From positions 49,957,174 to 50,021,173 of the forward strand of contig NC_068982.1 in assembly GCF_001194135.2 (NCBI RefSeq): a stretch of 64,000 nucleotides of DNA, given 5' to 3'. How positions within the stretch are numbered: the first letter of the stretch is position 1; every line of letters starts with the position of its first letter. The stretch is from Octopus bimaculoides (Eukaryota). Below are positions 1 through 12,861 of this stretch, piece after piece. Made by a program: the position numbers and the translations under genes. A model generated the notes under the pieces. The model ran no database searches, was not told where the DNA came from, and worked only from the letters and a program-made list of their open reading frames with translations.

Positions 1-54
1 TACACACACACACATGTATATACACACACACACAAATACACACACACAAACACA

Positions 55-124
<70 letters not shown>

Positions 125-125
<1 letters not shown>

Positions 126-1285
126 TAGCAATGCATTCCAGTGCTGCCGGGGTGTTATGACCTACAGCCACATCGTATTATTTGTTTCTTTTTTTATGAG
201 CAGAATCGGCACAAGTGGAGTGTGAAGCAAACAACTCTTCTTTATAAACATGCTTTTCAGTCAGTTTTTTATAAACAATGCTGAAGTTGGTGACACCAAA
301 AGCATGTAGAATGGCAGTTTAGATTAGAAGGAAATCCTAATATTGCTCCCAGAATTACCTAGACTTGTGGATTTAAAGAATTGGATGATGTATGAGGACG
401 TAGAGGTACTCTATTGCAGAAAGTAAGGTACAGGGAAAGAAAGCTGCTTCATTGTGAAAAGCATCATCTCTAATGTTTGGGCAGACTGCACACTTCAATA
501 TAAGTTAAGTGAAACCAACAATGCTTCTGGGTAAACTATATTTTACGTTATTCTAGTCTTGATTGAATAAATATACAAGTCATCTGGACTGCTAACTCGA
601 GAGCATGCAATCTATTGTTGTCCATGAGAAAAGCAGGGTATTTGTAAATTGAGACCCGCAATTTTTCAAGTTTAACCCTAGACTTTGATGATTGCATAGC
701 GAAGCATAATTGCACTGGGAACTGAAGGTGCTTGAATTGAAATGATACATTTGAGGGAATAAGGGGCATGCATGGAATGTATACGATCTTTCCTTGATGA
801 CGGCCGGTAATAATGGTTGCTTGTAGGACATGACTTGTCATTGTAGTTCCAGCCAATCTTGTACCATTGCATAGTCGTGGTGGGTCGAAATTCCTTGGTG
901 CACCTTTCTTTAGGGAAAACTAATGTGGTGGCAGTCCTGTGGGTTGTAGAGAGTTGAGAAATTCAACTGGATAGTCAGCAGTACCATGTTCGTCGATGGT
1001 AGTATCAATAGAGACAAATGTTGAAGCATCTCCAGGTAGAATGTGGAGTTCATGGATTACTTTATCAATGCCTTTATTCCAAGGTGCTAAAATAGCTCTA
1101 TCTGCAAACCATGCTATGTTTTTGAAGTTATCTTGCAACATGGGAAATACCTTTTCTTTAAGCTCGACCAATGTAGACACCATGTCCCAACACTGCAGTA
1201 CATGCTGTTGCAGGGTGTTATTCAACAGTAAAGTGCCATTTCCAATTAGTAGAAGCTGATGAAAGAATTCCTCTGCTAAGGGGTA
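125..1285 (-). mobile_element. Helitron 3' fragment (decayed PIF1-like helicase C-terminus plus 3' terminus)
   Basis: ORFs 920..1294 and 548..856 carry RAILAPWN, YPVEFLNSLQPTGLPPH, FQFKHLQFPVQLCFAM. Other frames give PPRLCNGTRL and PCFSHGQ..IACSRV. Ends in an imperfect GC hairpin then CTAG (128-125) followed by T. Confidence 0.9.
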
Positions 1286-1628
1286 TATATACACATAGTT
1301 ATATTTATATATATGTTTGTGTGTACATACACAGAATAAGAGCTAACTTGGTTTTAGAAAGCAGTTATTCATGTAGTCAAAGTATAATTATGAGAGCGCC
1401 ATGAAAAATTATTCTGACAATAGAGGACCATTTTTGTAGCTGACATATGGATTTTTGCACATTGGAATTCAGTGACAGAAATGTTAGAAAGAAGTTTGGT
1501 AGAGGTTGTTTAGAAAGAGTAGCATCACTAAGGAAACCTGTAACCTTCATGCTTTGAATAATAATAATATTACCTGCTTCTAAACGTGCTGTTGATGAAG
1601 TTGAATAATCTAATAATGTCTAGCATCA

Positions 1629-1669
<41 letters not shown>

Positions 1670-2043
1670 CATCATTATTAAAAATGCTGCTGGTTAGTTC
1701 TGGTGAAAGACTGAAGCAAAAATACTACTTTGTACAACAGCTGGAAAAAAATTTTTGAAGAATAATAAAAAAAAAAAGGCTATACTGAAGATCGCAAAGA
1801 ACATTTAATGGAAGATATTGCCAATGAGAATACTGTTTAACACTGTAACAGACAAAATATGAAGGAGTAAGTAGAATGAGCCAAAAGCACAGACCAGTAA
1901 GCAATAAGCAATCATAGCAAGCACCACCATCAGGTGGCAAAATGATAGCAAATAGCACCACAGGTATAAAAGATGGATAACAGACAGAGAAACTGGTAAG
2001 TAAAATAAGTTGGTGCAGTGTTATTCCACTTATAAATACTAAC

Positions 2044-2106
2044 CTGTTGTTGAACGAGTATTGTAATTTTTTTGCTTTGAGCTGACAATATTTTTCTCCC
2101 AACTAC
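2044..2106 (-). CDS. KATNIP: Probable next KATNIP-like exon: SWEKNIVSSKQKNYNTRSTT
   Basis: Acceptor ttttcttttgtcacttaaag| (tandem AG 4 nt downstream), donor AACAG|gttagt; 63 nt, phase 1 to 1. EKNIVSSKQKN loosely resembles recalled ERNLSAKRKD. Confidence 0.55.
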
Positions 2107-3704
2107 CTTTAAGTGACAAAAGAAAAGAAAGTTCCATGTTATTTAATTAGCTAATTCTCAAGAATTATCTTTACTTCTATAATAAACTTTTAACATACAT
2201 AATCTTACAACGTCATTAGTATACAAAAATTGGTAAAATCAAATTATCACTGTCCTTTCTCCAGTTATTTTTATCTTCATTCCACTGATGGTTATTGTAT
2301 GGTAATTGTTGTTTATGAGAATGTAAAAAAAAAGAAAAGAAAATTAATTTTTGTACAGGCACAAGCAAGGCTGTGTGGTTAAGAAGCTCACTTTGCAACC
2401 ACGTGGTTTTGAGTTCAGTCCCACTATGCAATACCTTGAGCAAGCATTTTTTTTTTACTATAGCCCTGACACTAAATTCAACATATTCCCCTGCAGCAAT
2501 TATAGATCCTTTACATTTCCAATTCATATTCTTTTGCAACATCGAAATCATACTTAACATCATCTCAATACAGTCTGCCCTTTATATGAAATCATCATTT
2601 AATGTCCGTTTTTGATGCTGGCATTGGTTGGATGGTTTGACAGGAGCTGGCCAGCCTGAGAGCTGTCCAGACTCCAATTGTCTGTTTTGGGATGGTTTCT
2701 ACAGCTGGATGCCCTTCCTAACACCAACCCCTTTACAGAGTGTGTGGGTGCTTTTTCAATGCTACTGGAACAGGTGCTTTTGTGTAGCACTGGCACAAGT
2801 GCATTTTATGTGGCACTGACGCAAATGCATTTCATGTGGCACTGGCACCTCAAAGACAAAGAAAGACCTCTTGACTAGAAAAGGGAGTGGGAGCATGGCC
2901 ATAATGGACATGTCTGTATGTCTTTACTTAGCTTGACATGTATTCTTAAGTACAGCAAATCATCAGAAATCTCGGTCCCTTGTCATCTCAGTGAAGCCCA
3001 GTATCTGAAGATCCTTTCTTACTTCAACCCACATCTTCCTGGGTCTACCCCTTTCACAGGTCCTCTACATAATTAGCGATCAGCACCCTAAATTTCTTCC
3101 TACTTCAAACTCACCAATATATTTAAGCAGCTCCTTATAAGCTGCAGATAAATTTCTTTGTGTATGTGACATAATTTACTATGGAGATGCAACAATCTAA
3201 AAATCTCACATGCAAAAATGTGATATATGCATGACTGCATCTGCATGGTTGAAATGAATAAAAGAATATAATATGTGTGATATATATTGAGGTGTCTTTA
3301 TCCTTTATCTTTTATTTGTTTCAATCACTGGACAGAAGCTCTGCTGGGACACCAACTTGAAAGATTTTAGCTGAACACACTGACCCCAGAACCTCTGTTT
3401 CTTTTTAAGTCTGGTACTTTTTCTATCAGCCTTTCTGCTAAACCACTGAGTTAAGGGGATGTAAACAAACCAACAGTGATTGTTAAGTGGTGTATATGCA
3501 CAGAGGAACACACACAAACACATATGACAGGCGTTCTGTTTGTCAGGTTCAATCAAAAGGTATTAGTTGGCCTGGGGCTATAGAAGACATTTACCCAAGG
3601 TCTCATACAGTAAGACTGAACCCAAAAGCATGTGGCTGCAAAGCAAGCTTCTTAAACACATCACAATGCCTACACCTTAAATATATGTTTTAATTATGCA
3701 ATGT

Positions 3705-4030
3705 GAAGGCACATGACTCAGTGGTTAGAGCATCAGACTCACAATCATGAGATAGTGAGTTCAATTCTCAAACAGGGTTGTATGTTGTGTTCATGAGCAG
3801 ACACTTTATTTCACGTTGCTCCAGTTCACTCAGCTGTAAAAATGAGTCATGATGTTACTGGTGCCAAGCTGTATTGGCCTTTGCCTTTCCCTCGAATAAC
3901 ATTAGAGGCATGGAGAATGGAGGCTGATATGCATGGGCATGTAAATAACATTGTCTGGACTTATGCCTTGAATAGCAACTTTGTAGGTGCAATCCTATGG
4001 TTATTCATGGTCAAAGGGGTCTTTACCTTT
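3705..4030 (+). mobile_element. tRNA-derived SINE family B
   Basis: tRNA-like head (tcagtggttagagc..gagttcaattc), body ttgctccagttcactcagctgtaaaaatgagt, tail aggtgcaatcctatggttattcatggtcaaaggggtc. Copies at ~16880-17200(-), ~49740-50010(-), ~51820-52160(-). Confidence 0.8.
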
Positions 4031-4044
4031 TAATTATAGAATAT

Positions 4045-4800
4045 TAAGATTGACAGTGAATTCAGACAAGAATTTAGTGTGAGTAGGTGTTCGTTAGGAC
4101 TATATCCTCAGTTCTATTCTATTCGTTATAGCACTGAAGTTCTTGAAGCTTTAATTCAAGAGTTTATGATTGACTGTTCTTGAGGAGCTAAATAAATTTA
4201 TGACCTGATTCTCATAGGAACATTTGTTAAAAAGCTGTGAAGAAATCTAAATTTGGAAGGATAGTTTTGGATTCAAAGTTTAATATGCCCATATGTAGAA
4301 ATGAATGTGTTTAGTTAGAATACAAAATGTAAGTGCTGACTAGAAAGAGGAACTGCTTGATAATTTGCAAAGTAACAGTAAGAAACTATGTAATGTAGCA
4401 ATGTATACACAAACGATGGAATGGGATTTTCTGGTAGACTAGCAAAGAACCTATGCTTTACAAGTGTTGATAGATACACAGTAGTTAGTAATATGTAGTA
4501 CTTAACAAATCAAGTCCTGGAAGTACTTTTGGTGGCTTCTTAGAGACAGGCAATAGTTTTTGTTACTTAAGTGGGAAAGACAATAGTGCAAACATGAACC
4601 TATGATACAAACAGATGGAGAATGCTGGGTGAAAATGAGTCAAAAGCTCTAAATGGTAGGTACATGTGGAATGGCATGTTTGAGACCCTGAGACTAGAAT
4701 TCTGACTGCTCTCACACATAAGCTGGGAAAACAGTGAGGTGAATGGCAATATGCTAGAGAGCACCAAGTATCATCCCAAAAGTTTATAGAAGCAGCACTT
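4045..4800 (+). mobile_element. Heavily decayed RTE-clade LINE ORF2 relic
   Basis: Stop-riddled translation follows RTE order: KIDSEFRQEFSV, CS*GAK*IYDLILI (compare CPWELLYADDLVLI), LETGNSFCYLS (compare LEVVDSFCYLG). Confidence 0.5.
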
Positions 4801-5240
4801 AGATTCAGTCTATAGAACTAATATTTGACTCCAATTACTTATACTTTCTTACCTTAAAAGAAAATTGTTATAACAATGTCAATTCTTTCATGTATGAAAT
4901 TAAATCTGACAGCAATTAAACAGAGTATTATCGATGACATTGGCAGTATTGTCAAATATTCTATGAGGAACATTTGAATAACCATTAACACATTGGAATG
5001 ATAGACACTTGTAGACAATGATAGACAATAGCTGGTGAAGTAAAATTACTGTTACAGATTGTTTGGACAAAATAAATAGCTCGTGATAACAGAAAATATT
5101 TTCTCAACCCAACAAGCAGAATGAGGTCATTCTGGCACAACACCAAGACAAGAAAAAAAAGCATTAAAACTGAGAAAAACTTATTGACCAATTTTATTCA
5201 ATTTGTTTGTTTTTATTTATTTATTGTTTTTGTGGGTTAG

Positions 5241-5381
5241 CCAAGAGAGAAAGGGCAGCAACCATGACAATTTTACAGAGATTCCCAGAATGGTTGGATG
5301 AAGGAACAAGTTATTTTTATATTATAACATCAGGCCCAAATGCTAAAAGTATGCAATGGCCAGGGAGTGGTGTTCAACTTG
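5241..5381 (+). CDS. Candidate antisense nested exon, product unknown (KRERAATMTILQRFPEWLDEGTSYFYIITSGPNAKSMQWPGSGVQL)
   Basis: T-rich tract ending ggttag|, 141 nt open frame, donor CTTG|gtgaat; visibly GC-richer than flanks. No homology recognised. Confidence 0.35.
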
Positions 5382-6097
5382 GTGAATTAACTCTATAACT
5401 CAAACGCAGAGTAAAATAAATAATTTAAGATAATCTGAACATTAAGAATTAAAAAAAAAAGAATTGTAATATTCATACAGGAAAATGAATTTGTGGGTGA
5501 CAGAGTGAAATATTAAAGTAACCATATGTGGAAGTGAATATGTGTATATGTGTGATACCTGAATATTTTACAACAGAAAGATTACCGAATGAAGATTAAC
5601 AAAACAGTAAGAAGTAGCAGTCTACTTTGGTTGTCCATAATAAAAATAGGAATCTTACTGTTTGTATACCTGTTTTTTTGAAAATGTACACTGCATTCCT
5701 GCATGTCATAAGAGGCAACTAAAAGGGGTGGGTAACAGGAAGAGCATCAGGTCACATATCACAGCTATAGAAAACTTATCAAACCTATACCAGAATAGTA
5801 GACATAAAATGATGATGATTATTAATAGGGATATAGTGTGTAAATTTAATTATTTAAAAATATACTATCAGTTACTTGGTATTTTTCTATGCTCATTCCC
5901 TTTCTAACTAAACAATTGATTTTGAAGCAAACATAGTACCTATTTTATAGCTAGGTAAACCAAGGCAAGAACACGTATTAAATTAGCACTGAATATAATG
6001 GTATAATTAAAGTAGATGGCAGTTAATGAAGATCAAATAAACACATTTTTAACTATTAAAATAGCTGCAGATAAACAAAGCTGACAGAACATATTAA

Positions 6098-6300
6098 CCC
6101 TTTAGCATTCAAATTACTCTGTCAAATATAATATTTATTTACATTGTTTAGAATGAATCATGCATCATCTCAAAGTTTCAAGATTTTGATAATGCAGCTG
6201 TTTATTTTTAGGATTATATTGCAGTGTAGGTGAGAGAGAGGCCAGATCTGGCTCGTTTGAATATAAAACATATAGATAAGACTGGTTTAAATACTAAAGA
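6098..6300. mobile_element. piggyBac-like MITE copy
   Basis: ttaa|ccctttagcattcaaattactctgtcaaat ... tttaaatactaaagattaa. Confidence 0.65.
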
Positions 6301-6893
6301 TTAAATTGCTGATACAAAACACATTCTTATAAATAAATTCTTACTCTTCTTAATCTAAACAATGAAGTTATTAAACAATACGTTTCAGCCTATAATCCAC
6401 ACACATTTGCAATCTTCTAATTCTCCTTTTTTCTACCACTACTACAATCATCATCATCATCATCATTTAACATCCATTATCCATGCTGGCAACGGATGCT
6501 AAATGATGATGATGATGATGATGACAATGTTCACTGGAATTAGATGGTTACCTACCATATCTACCCAAACCTACCTGACACATTCATCTCTCCTCCTCTC
6601 ACCATCCATATTAGGTCCCTTCCCTGTTCTGCATTAACCACTTTTACTAATCCTAGTTTAGCAGAGTGTCATCCCTCAGGGATTTTTTTTTCACCCATGT
6701 TTTACCTGTAGTCACCAACTTGCACTTGTTCAAAATGAAAATTAACATGCAACTCATCGATTTCGCCAGTCTCAGAAGGCTTGCACAGACCACAAATTTC
6801 AGCACAGACCTTTCCTCTTGACTAACCTGTCATAGTACAAAAACAAAATCTCTGGCAATAACAGAACAAGCATAAAAATAACATTCAACTTAC

Positions 6894-7032
6894 AAGAAGG
6901 TGTTCCAAACTCTAAGACAATATAATCGGCAGGTTTCATAAAATTCTGCTGGAGATTCACACTTCCTGAAATGCTGTTATTTGTGTCATTCTCATTTAAT
7001 TCTTCTGGAATTGAACAATCTGATTCTTCTCC
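6894..7032 (-). CDS. KATNIP: KATNIP-like exon: GEESDCSIPEELNEN...PADYIVLEFGTPS
   Basis: Acceptor ttttacatttaaag|, donor CTT|gtaagt; 139 nt, phase 0 to 1. DYIVLEF resembles recalled DTLVVLEF. Confidence 0.75.
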
Positions 7033-8367
7033 CTTTAAATGTAAAACAATACATTTAAAAATTAAAATTAAACCTTTCAAATTCAATTTTAAGTATTAAG
7101 TAAAAGCTGGATTTTCCAAGAGCTATCAATCATTATTAAAGAAGAAAAACAAAGCACAACTGTAATTACAAAAATGTTTTTCCATTAACTGAGTTAAAAT
7201 TATGAAAGTAATTCAAGAATTTATTAAGTGATTATTGGAGATTATACTGAGGAAAGAATATTTAGAGAATATTGTGAGGATTCAGTAAAAAACAAAAATA
7301 GCAACAGAAATTTTTTTTTTAAATAAATACATCAAAAATAAAATGCTTTAATAAACAAAAAACAAGGAATATGGAAAAGTTAATTGTATTAATTTTGTTT
7401 AATAATTAGTTTCCAGATTTGATTTTAAAGAAGACAATACAAGATTTATAGATAAGCTGGGAGATTTGCAAGATTTGTAATATAACAAATGAGATACTAG
7501 TCTAAGTCTATTAAGTATATTAATTTCCCTTTTAGATAAATTCAAATTCAATAAAAGAAAAATGAATGATGTAGAAAATATTACTAGTCACCCCACCGCC
7601 CCTCCCCCAAATGAAATCATTTAGTGTTTTACATTTTAAGAACATTTAATCCATGTCTTTTGTTGTTTTTGTTTACTCATTTATGCTTCTACTGGTTTCA
7701 GTCATTTGACTACAGCCGCCTTAAAGGGGTTTTTAGTCAAAGATATTAATATCAGGACTTATTCTTTATAAGCCTAGTACTTATTCTATCGGTCTCTTTT
7801 GCCAAACCACTAGCTTACAAGAACATAAACACACCACCATCAATTTTCAAGCAATGGTGGTGGGGGCAAACACAGACACATAAATATATACCAATACGAC
7901 AGGCTTCTTTCAGTTCCCATCTGCCAAATCCACCCACAAGGCTTTGGTTAGCCTGACACTATAATAGAAGACACTTGCCCAAGGTGTCACACAGTGGGAC
8001 TGAACCCAGAACAAAAATTTAACCCAGAAGCAAAAACCACTTGTGTTTCAAGAGTTGTCATTTCTGACTTCTGGTTGTTGCTGTTGTTGTTGTAGCTTGT
8101 TTAACTCCAGGTCAGCCTCATTTGAGCAAACCTTTGATCAAAGGCATTTTAGTCCCAGGCCAGCTCTCATGGGGCAGACCGATGGTCAAAGGTATTTCAA
8201 CTGTCATTATCTTATCACCTTAGCAACCTATAGAAATATGTTAACCCTTCTAATATTGACCTGCATGAGACCACCCCTGGTTCTTTCATACAAACTTCCT
8301 GCTTTAAAAGAATTTAAATCAGAACCTTCCATCAAACTTTAATAATGTTTATTTACGTTCCAGACAG

Positions 8368-8670
8368 TGAAGGTGTGTGACTTAGTGGTTAGGATGTTCA
8401 GCTCATGGTCATAAGCTCGTGAGTTTGATTTCCTAAGACACTTTATTTCAGGTTGCTCCAGTCCACTCAGCTGGCAAAAATGAGTAGTATCTGTATTTCA
8501 AAGGGCCAGCCTTGTCACAAAATGTGTCATGCTGAATCTCCCTGAGAACTATGTTAAGTATACATGTTTCTGTGGAATGCTCTGTCACTTGCATATTAAT
8601 TTCATGAGCAGGCTGTTCCATTGACTGGTTCAACTGGAACCCTTATCATCGTAACCGACAGAGTGCCAGG
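8368..8670 (+). mobile_element. tRNA-derived SINE family C
   Basis: Same head and body as family B but a different tail (tttcaaagggccagccttgtcaca..ctggaaccct..gacagagtgcca). Copies at ~24385-24670(-), ~33570-33878(+), ~40440-40750(-). Confidence 0.8.
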
Positions 8671-9716
8671 GCTATGCCATGTTCTAGATACCAGCTAAAT
8701 TCTTTGTTATTTTACCAATTAATCGAAACCCATGCAGTGTATTTCAACAGATGTGGTAACAAAAGACTTAACTTATGTATCCCTCCTAATTTAAAATAGA
8801 TCGTGAATTGAGAAGAATTTGGTTGCTAATTCTAGCATATGTCTCATCTAAGTTCTATTGATTGTAGCATGGTCTGTATCCAATGAAGGCTTGTCATTTT
8901 CCATTACAATAAATAGGTATCAGATTAAACAAAGTGTAGAAACTGACACGATTTTATATGAAAGACAATTCTAAAAGAAAGTACCTAAGAGAAAGTTGGA
9001 TTGATGTGTGCTCATAGACACTTTTGAGAACAAGTCACTGTCATTGATAACAATTCACTTTGCCGCTAGACTACAGAGTCATTTGTTTTTACACCTGTTT
9101 TCTTATAAGCTAGAACGAGTTACATGAATATATTATTGCGGCTTGGCCATGTGGTAAGAAGTTTGCTTCCCAACCACATGGTTCCAGGTTCAGTCCCACA
9201 GAGTTGCACTACAGGCAAATGTCTTCTACTATAGCCTCAAACTGATCAAAGCTTTGTGACTGGATTTGATAGATGAAAACTGAAAAAAGTCCATCATATA
9301 TATGTGTGCATGTATGTGTCTGTGTGTATTTGTATCTACGTTTGTGCCCCACTACTGTTTGACAACCAATGGTTTTGCATCCATAAAGCTAAGCACTTTA
9401 TGGATGCAAAACCATCGGTCACTCTAAGACCAGTGATATAATCCTGTAAATATAGTATTTTGTTCCACCTTTGGTATTCAAGTACTATTTCTTCCACCTT
9501 ATTTTGCACCTACTTGCTTACTTGTCTGTGTATGCACACACACACACACACACACACACTTGCTGAATAAGCTACTAAAGTGAAAATTAAAGCCTAGTTA
9601 ACTCAAACATGATTAATAAATTTAACTCTACTAACAGCATACAGTCCCACTATAAGTAATTAGTTTGTTTTCGATAAATTAATTAGCAACACCAACTTTT
9701 GATTTTTTCTCATCCT

Positions 9717-9750
<34 letters not shown>

Positions 9751-9940
9751 CCTGCTCTTCACCCTCTCTATCCCTCCAGTCAGCCCCTCCTCTTTCCTTC
9801 CAACTCAAACTCATTTTTATCCTCAACCAGTCCTCCAAACTTGTTCACCATTCATAACAATCATCCTCATCTGGACCCTTCTCTAACCACCTACCCCATC
9901 CTTCCACATCCGTCCCTACTTTCTCTTCTATTTACCTTGA

Positions 9941-10332
9941 CATTTGAGGGTACAGTCTAGTCAGCACTATCTAGTCATCACTCTCTAGTCATCACTATCT
10001 AGTCAGCACTATCTAGTCATCACTATCTAGTCATCACTTGAGGGTACAGTCTAGTCAGCACTATCTAGTCATCACTATCTAGTCATCACTTGAGGGTACA
10101 GTCTAGTCAGCACTATCTAGTCAGCACTATCTAGTCATCACTATCTAGTCATNNNNNNNNNNGTCATCACTTGAGGGTACAGTCTAGTCAGCACTATCTA
10201 GTCAGCACTATCTAGTCATCACTATCTAGTCATCACTCTCTAGTCATCACTATCTAGTCATCACTATCTAGTCATCACTTGAGGGTACAGTCTAGTCAGC
10301 ACTATCTAGTCAGCACTCTCTAGTCATCACAT
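9941..10332. repeat. Minisatellite: 14-bp units punctuated by a 24-bp marker unit
   Basis: cactatctagtca(t/g) units; tgagggtac at 9945, 10039, 10091, 10172 and 10280. Confidence 0.92.
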
Positions 10333-10733
10333 CTCTATTTCCATCTTCACCCAGAAAGCCCCACCCACCTTTATATAATGCAAGGCAATCATGTTATCTC
10401 CTCTAGTTCAAGAAACATGTTCCTGTCCCTTTTTTCACATTTCAATTTCTCGACACCTAGCATAAAACCACCTCCTCCTTACTATACTCCCACACAGTTG
10501 ATGGAGCTTTTTACTCTTGTTAGTTACATGGCAACTGCAAGAATGCAGGTGCCATGTGAAAAAAAAAGGACACACAGGACACTCTGCAAAGCCATTAGGG
10601 TCAGAAAGGGTATCCAAGTATAGACAGCATGCTGAAAAAGATACTGAAACATGATGCAGTCCTCCGACTTGTTAGAAGCTATCAAACAGTAACCTATGCC
10701 TGTATGAATGAACAGACATTAAATAATGATAAT

Positions 10734-10775
<42 letters not shown>

Positions 10776-11118
10776 TATGAGTCTGTATTTGTGTGCATGT
10801 GTGTCTATGTTTGTGTGTGGTGTGTGTGTGTATTGGTCACTTAATGAAATCTGAAAGGAACTAGTATTACAATAACTTAAACTTTCATCTTTTGAATTTT
10901 CAAATTCTTTCACCTCAAAAGTTGTTTTTTATAAGAAAGTGGGGGGGGGGGAGAAAAAGAGAGAGAGAGTTATTAAATAATTATCATATTCTACCCCGAC
11001 TTCTAGTCTGATCACGTTCTTATGACACCTTCTTGCTAGTATTCACACACAAATAGTCTTTTTCCCCATCAATCAACCCACACACACACATATATACAAA
11101 ATCCTGACTAGCATAGAG

Positions 11119-11160
<42 letters not shown>

Positions 11161-12072
11161 ACACACATATATATTGATGAATCAATAATAGATAACAATC
11201 AGAAAAGTGAAACACTGCTTCACTTTTTTATGCTAAGATCTTGTCATAATTTTATTCATGACCCTTCTTGTTAACATATGTTTCAAACTAATTTAATCAG
11301 TAAAAAATTATTTAATGTAATCACTCAAATTTCTCAATTAGCTTTTTTCAAAAATTAATTAAAACTTACAGTTAGTGTATTTCATTGGGACAGTGGTAAC
11401 AAAAAAATCTACTTACGGAGCTCAGTTCTTCCATAATGCTTTTCCTGAGGTCTGAGTTCATTTCAAGAGAGACTTTTAGTTTCTATAATAAATATGATAA
11501 GAGACATAATCGATACAGAGATACAATTAAGATAATAATCAGTGGCAGGGACATTTCTTATTTTACTTGAGAAGACAGAATAGAAAGTAGTCTGAAGTTT
11601 AATCAGCAGTTTGGTGACACATCCATCTATTTATTTATATAAATGTATGGTTACCACTTTCTCTCTCTCACTCTCTCTCTCTCTTTCCCCCTCTTCCTCT
11701 CTCTCTCTTGGCTGGGTAACCATGTACCTCCTTTATAAAAAGACACCTCTTTCTGCCTCACTGTCACATGCTAATCTTTCATCATCTGACAAAAGATCAC
11801 CTCCACTAATGCCCCCTCCCCTCTCAAATACTCCTTGTCTTGCAAGTTATTTTGGTAACCATGCCAGTGCTGGTGCCACATAAAAAGCATCCAGTCCATA
11901 CTATGAAGTGGTTGACATCTAGAAGGGCATCCAGCCGTAAAAACCATGCCAAAACATGGAATTGATGAAGAATAAAAAAAATTTGTAATGGAAAAATCAT
12001 TATATTGAAATAACCAAACAGATCATCGATGTTTAAGTATATAATGTATACAAGTATATATGTATGGTGTGA

Positions 12073-12103
<31 letters not shown>

Positions 12104-12268
12104 TGAATGTATATATGTGGATGGGTGAAGATTTGGGCGCATGGATGGATGGATAGATAGATATGTACATATCATAGTGAAGGTACGTGGTTTAGTGGTT
12201 AGGATGTTGGACTTGTGATCATAAGATTGTGGTTTCGATTCTTGCATATATATATATATATATATATA

Positions 12269-12829
12269 NNNNNNNNNNNNNNNNNNNNNNNNNNNNNNNN
12301 NNNNNNNNNNNNNNNNNNNNNNNNNNNNNNNNNNNNNNNNNNNNNNNNNNNNNNNNNNNNNNNNNNNNNNNNNNNNNNNNNNNNNNNNNNNNNNNNNNNN
12401 NNNNNNNNNNNNNNNNNNNNNNNNNNNNNNNNNNNNNNNNNNNNNNNNNNNNNNNNNNNNNNNNNNNNNNNNNNNNNNNNNNNNNNNNNNNNNNNNNNNN
12501 NNNNNNNNNNNNNNNNNNNNNNNNNNNNNNNNNNNNNNNNNNNNNNNNNNNNNNNNNNNNNNNNNNNNNNNNNNNNNNNNNNNNNNNNNNNNNNNNNNNN
12601 NNNNNNNNNNNNNNNNNNNNNNNNNNNNNNNNNNNNNNNNNNNNNNNNNNNNNNNNNNNNNNNNNNNNNNNNNNNNNNNNNNNNNNNNNNNNNNNNNNNN
12701 NNNNNNNNNNNNNNNNNNNNNNNNNNNNNNNNNNNNNNNNNNNNNNNNNNNNNNNNNNNNNNNNNNNNNNNNNNNNNNNNNNNNNNNNNNNNNNNNNNNN
12801 NNNNNNNNNNNNNNNNNNNNNNNNNNNNN
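12269..12829. other. Assembly gap (one of nine)
   Basis: N runs at 10153-10162, 12269-12829, 15001-15451, 31643-31811, 48380-48710, 50267-50507, 56100-56634, 57957-58137 and 60147-60190. Confidence 0.98.

Positions 12830-12861
<32 letters not shown>

Noticed and set aside
1725-2102. 125-aa hydrophobic ORF resembling a membrane protein
   Set aside because: T-rich sequence yields hydrophobic translations, and splicing it to exon 2044 would need a 51-nt intron. No homology recognised.
8368-8440. tRNA genes (many tRNA-like stretches with A/B boxes)
   Set aside because: All run into SINE bodies and lack an intact cloverleaf acceptor stem.
9941-10332. CRISPR-like array (24-bp marker with intervening sequence)
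   Set aside because: The 'spacers' are copies of one 14-mer, there are no cas genes and the context is animal.
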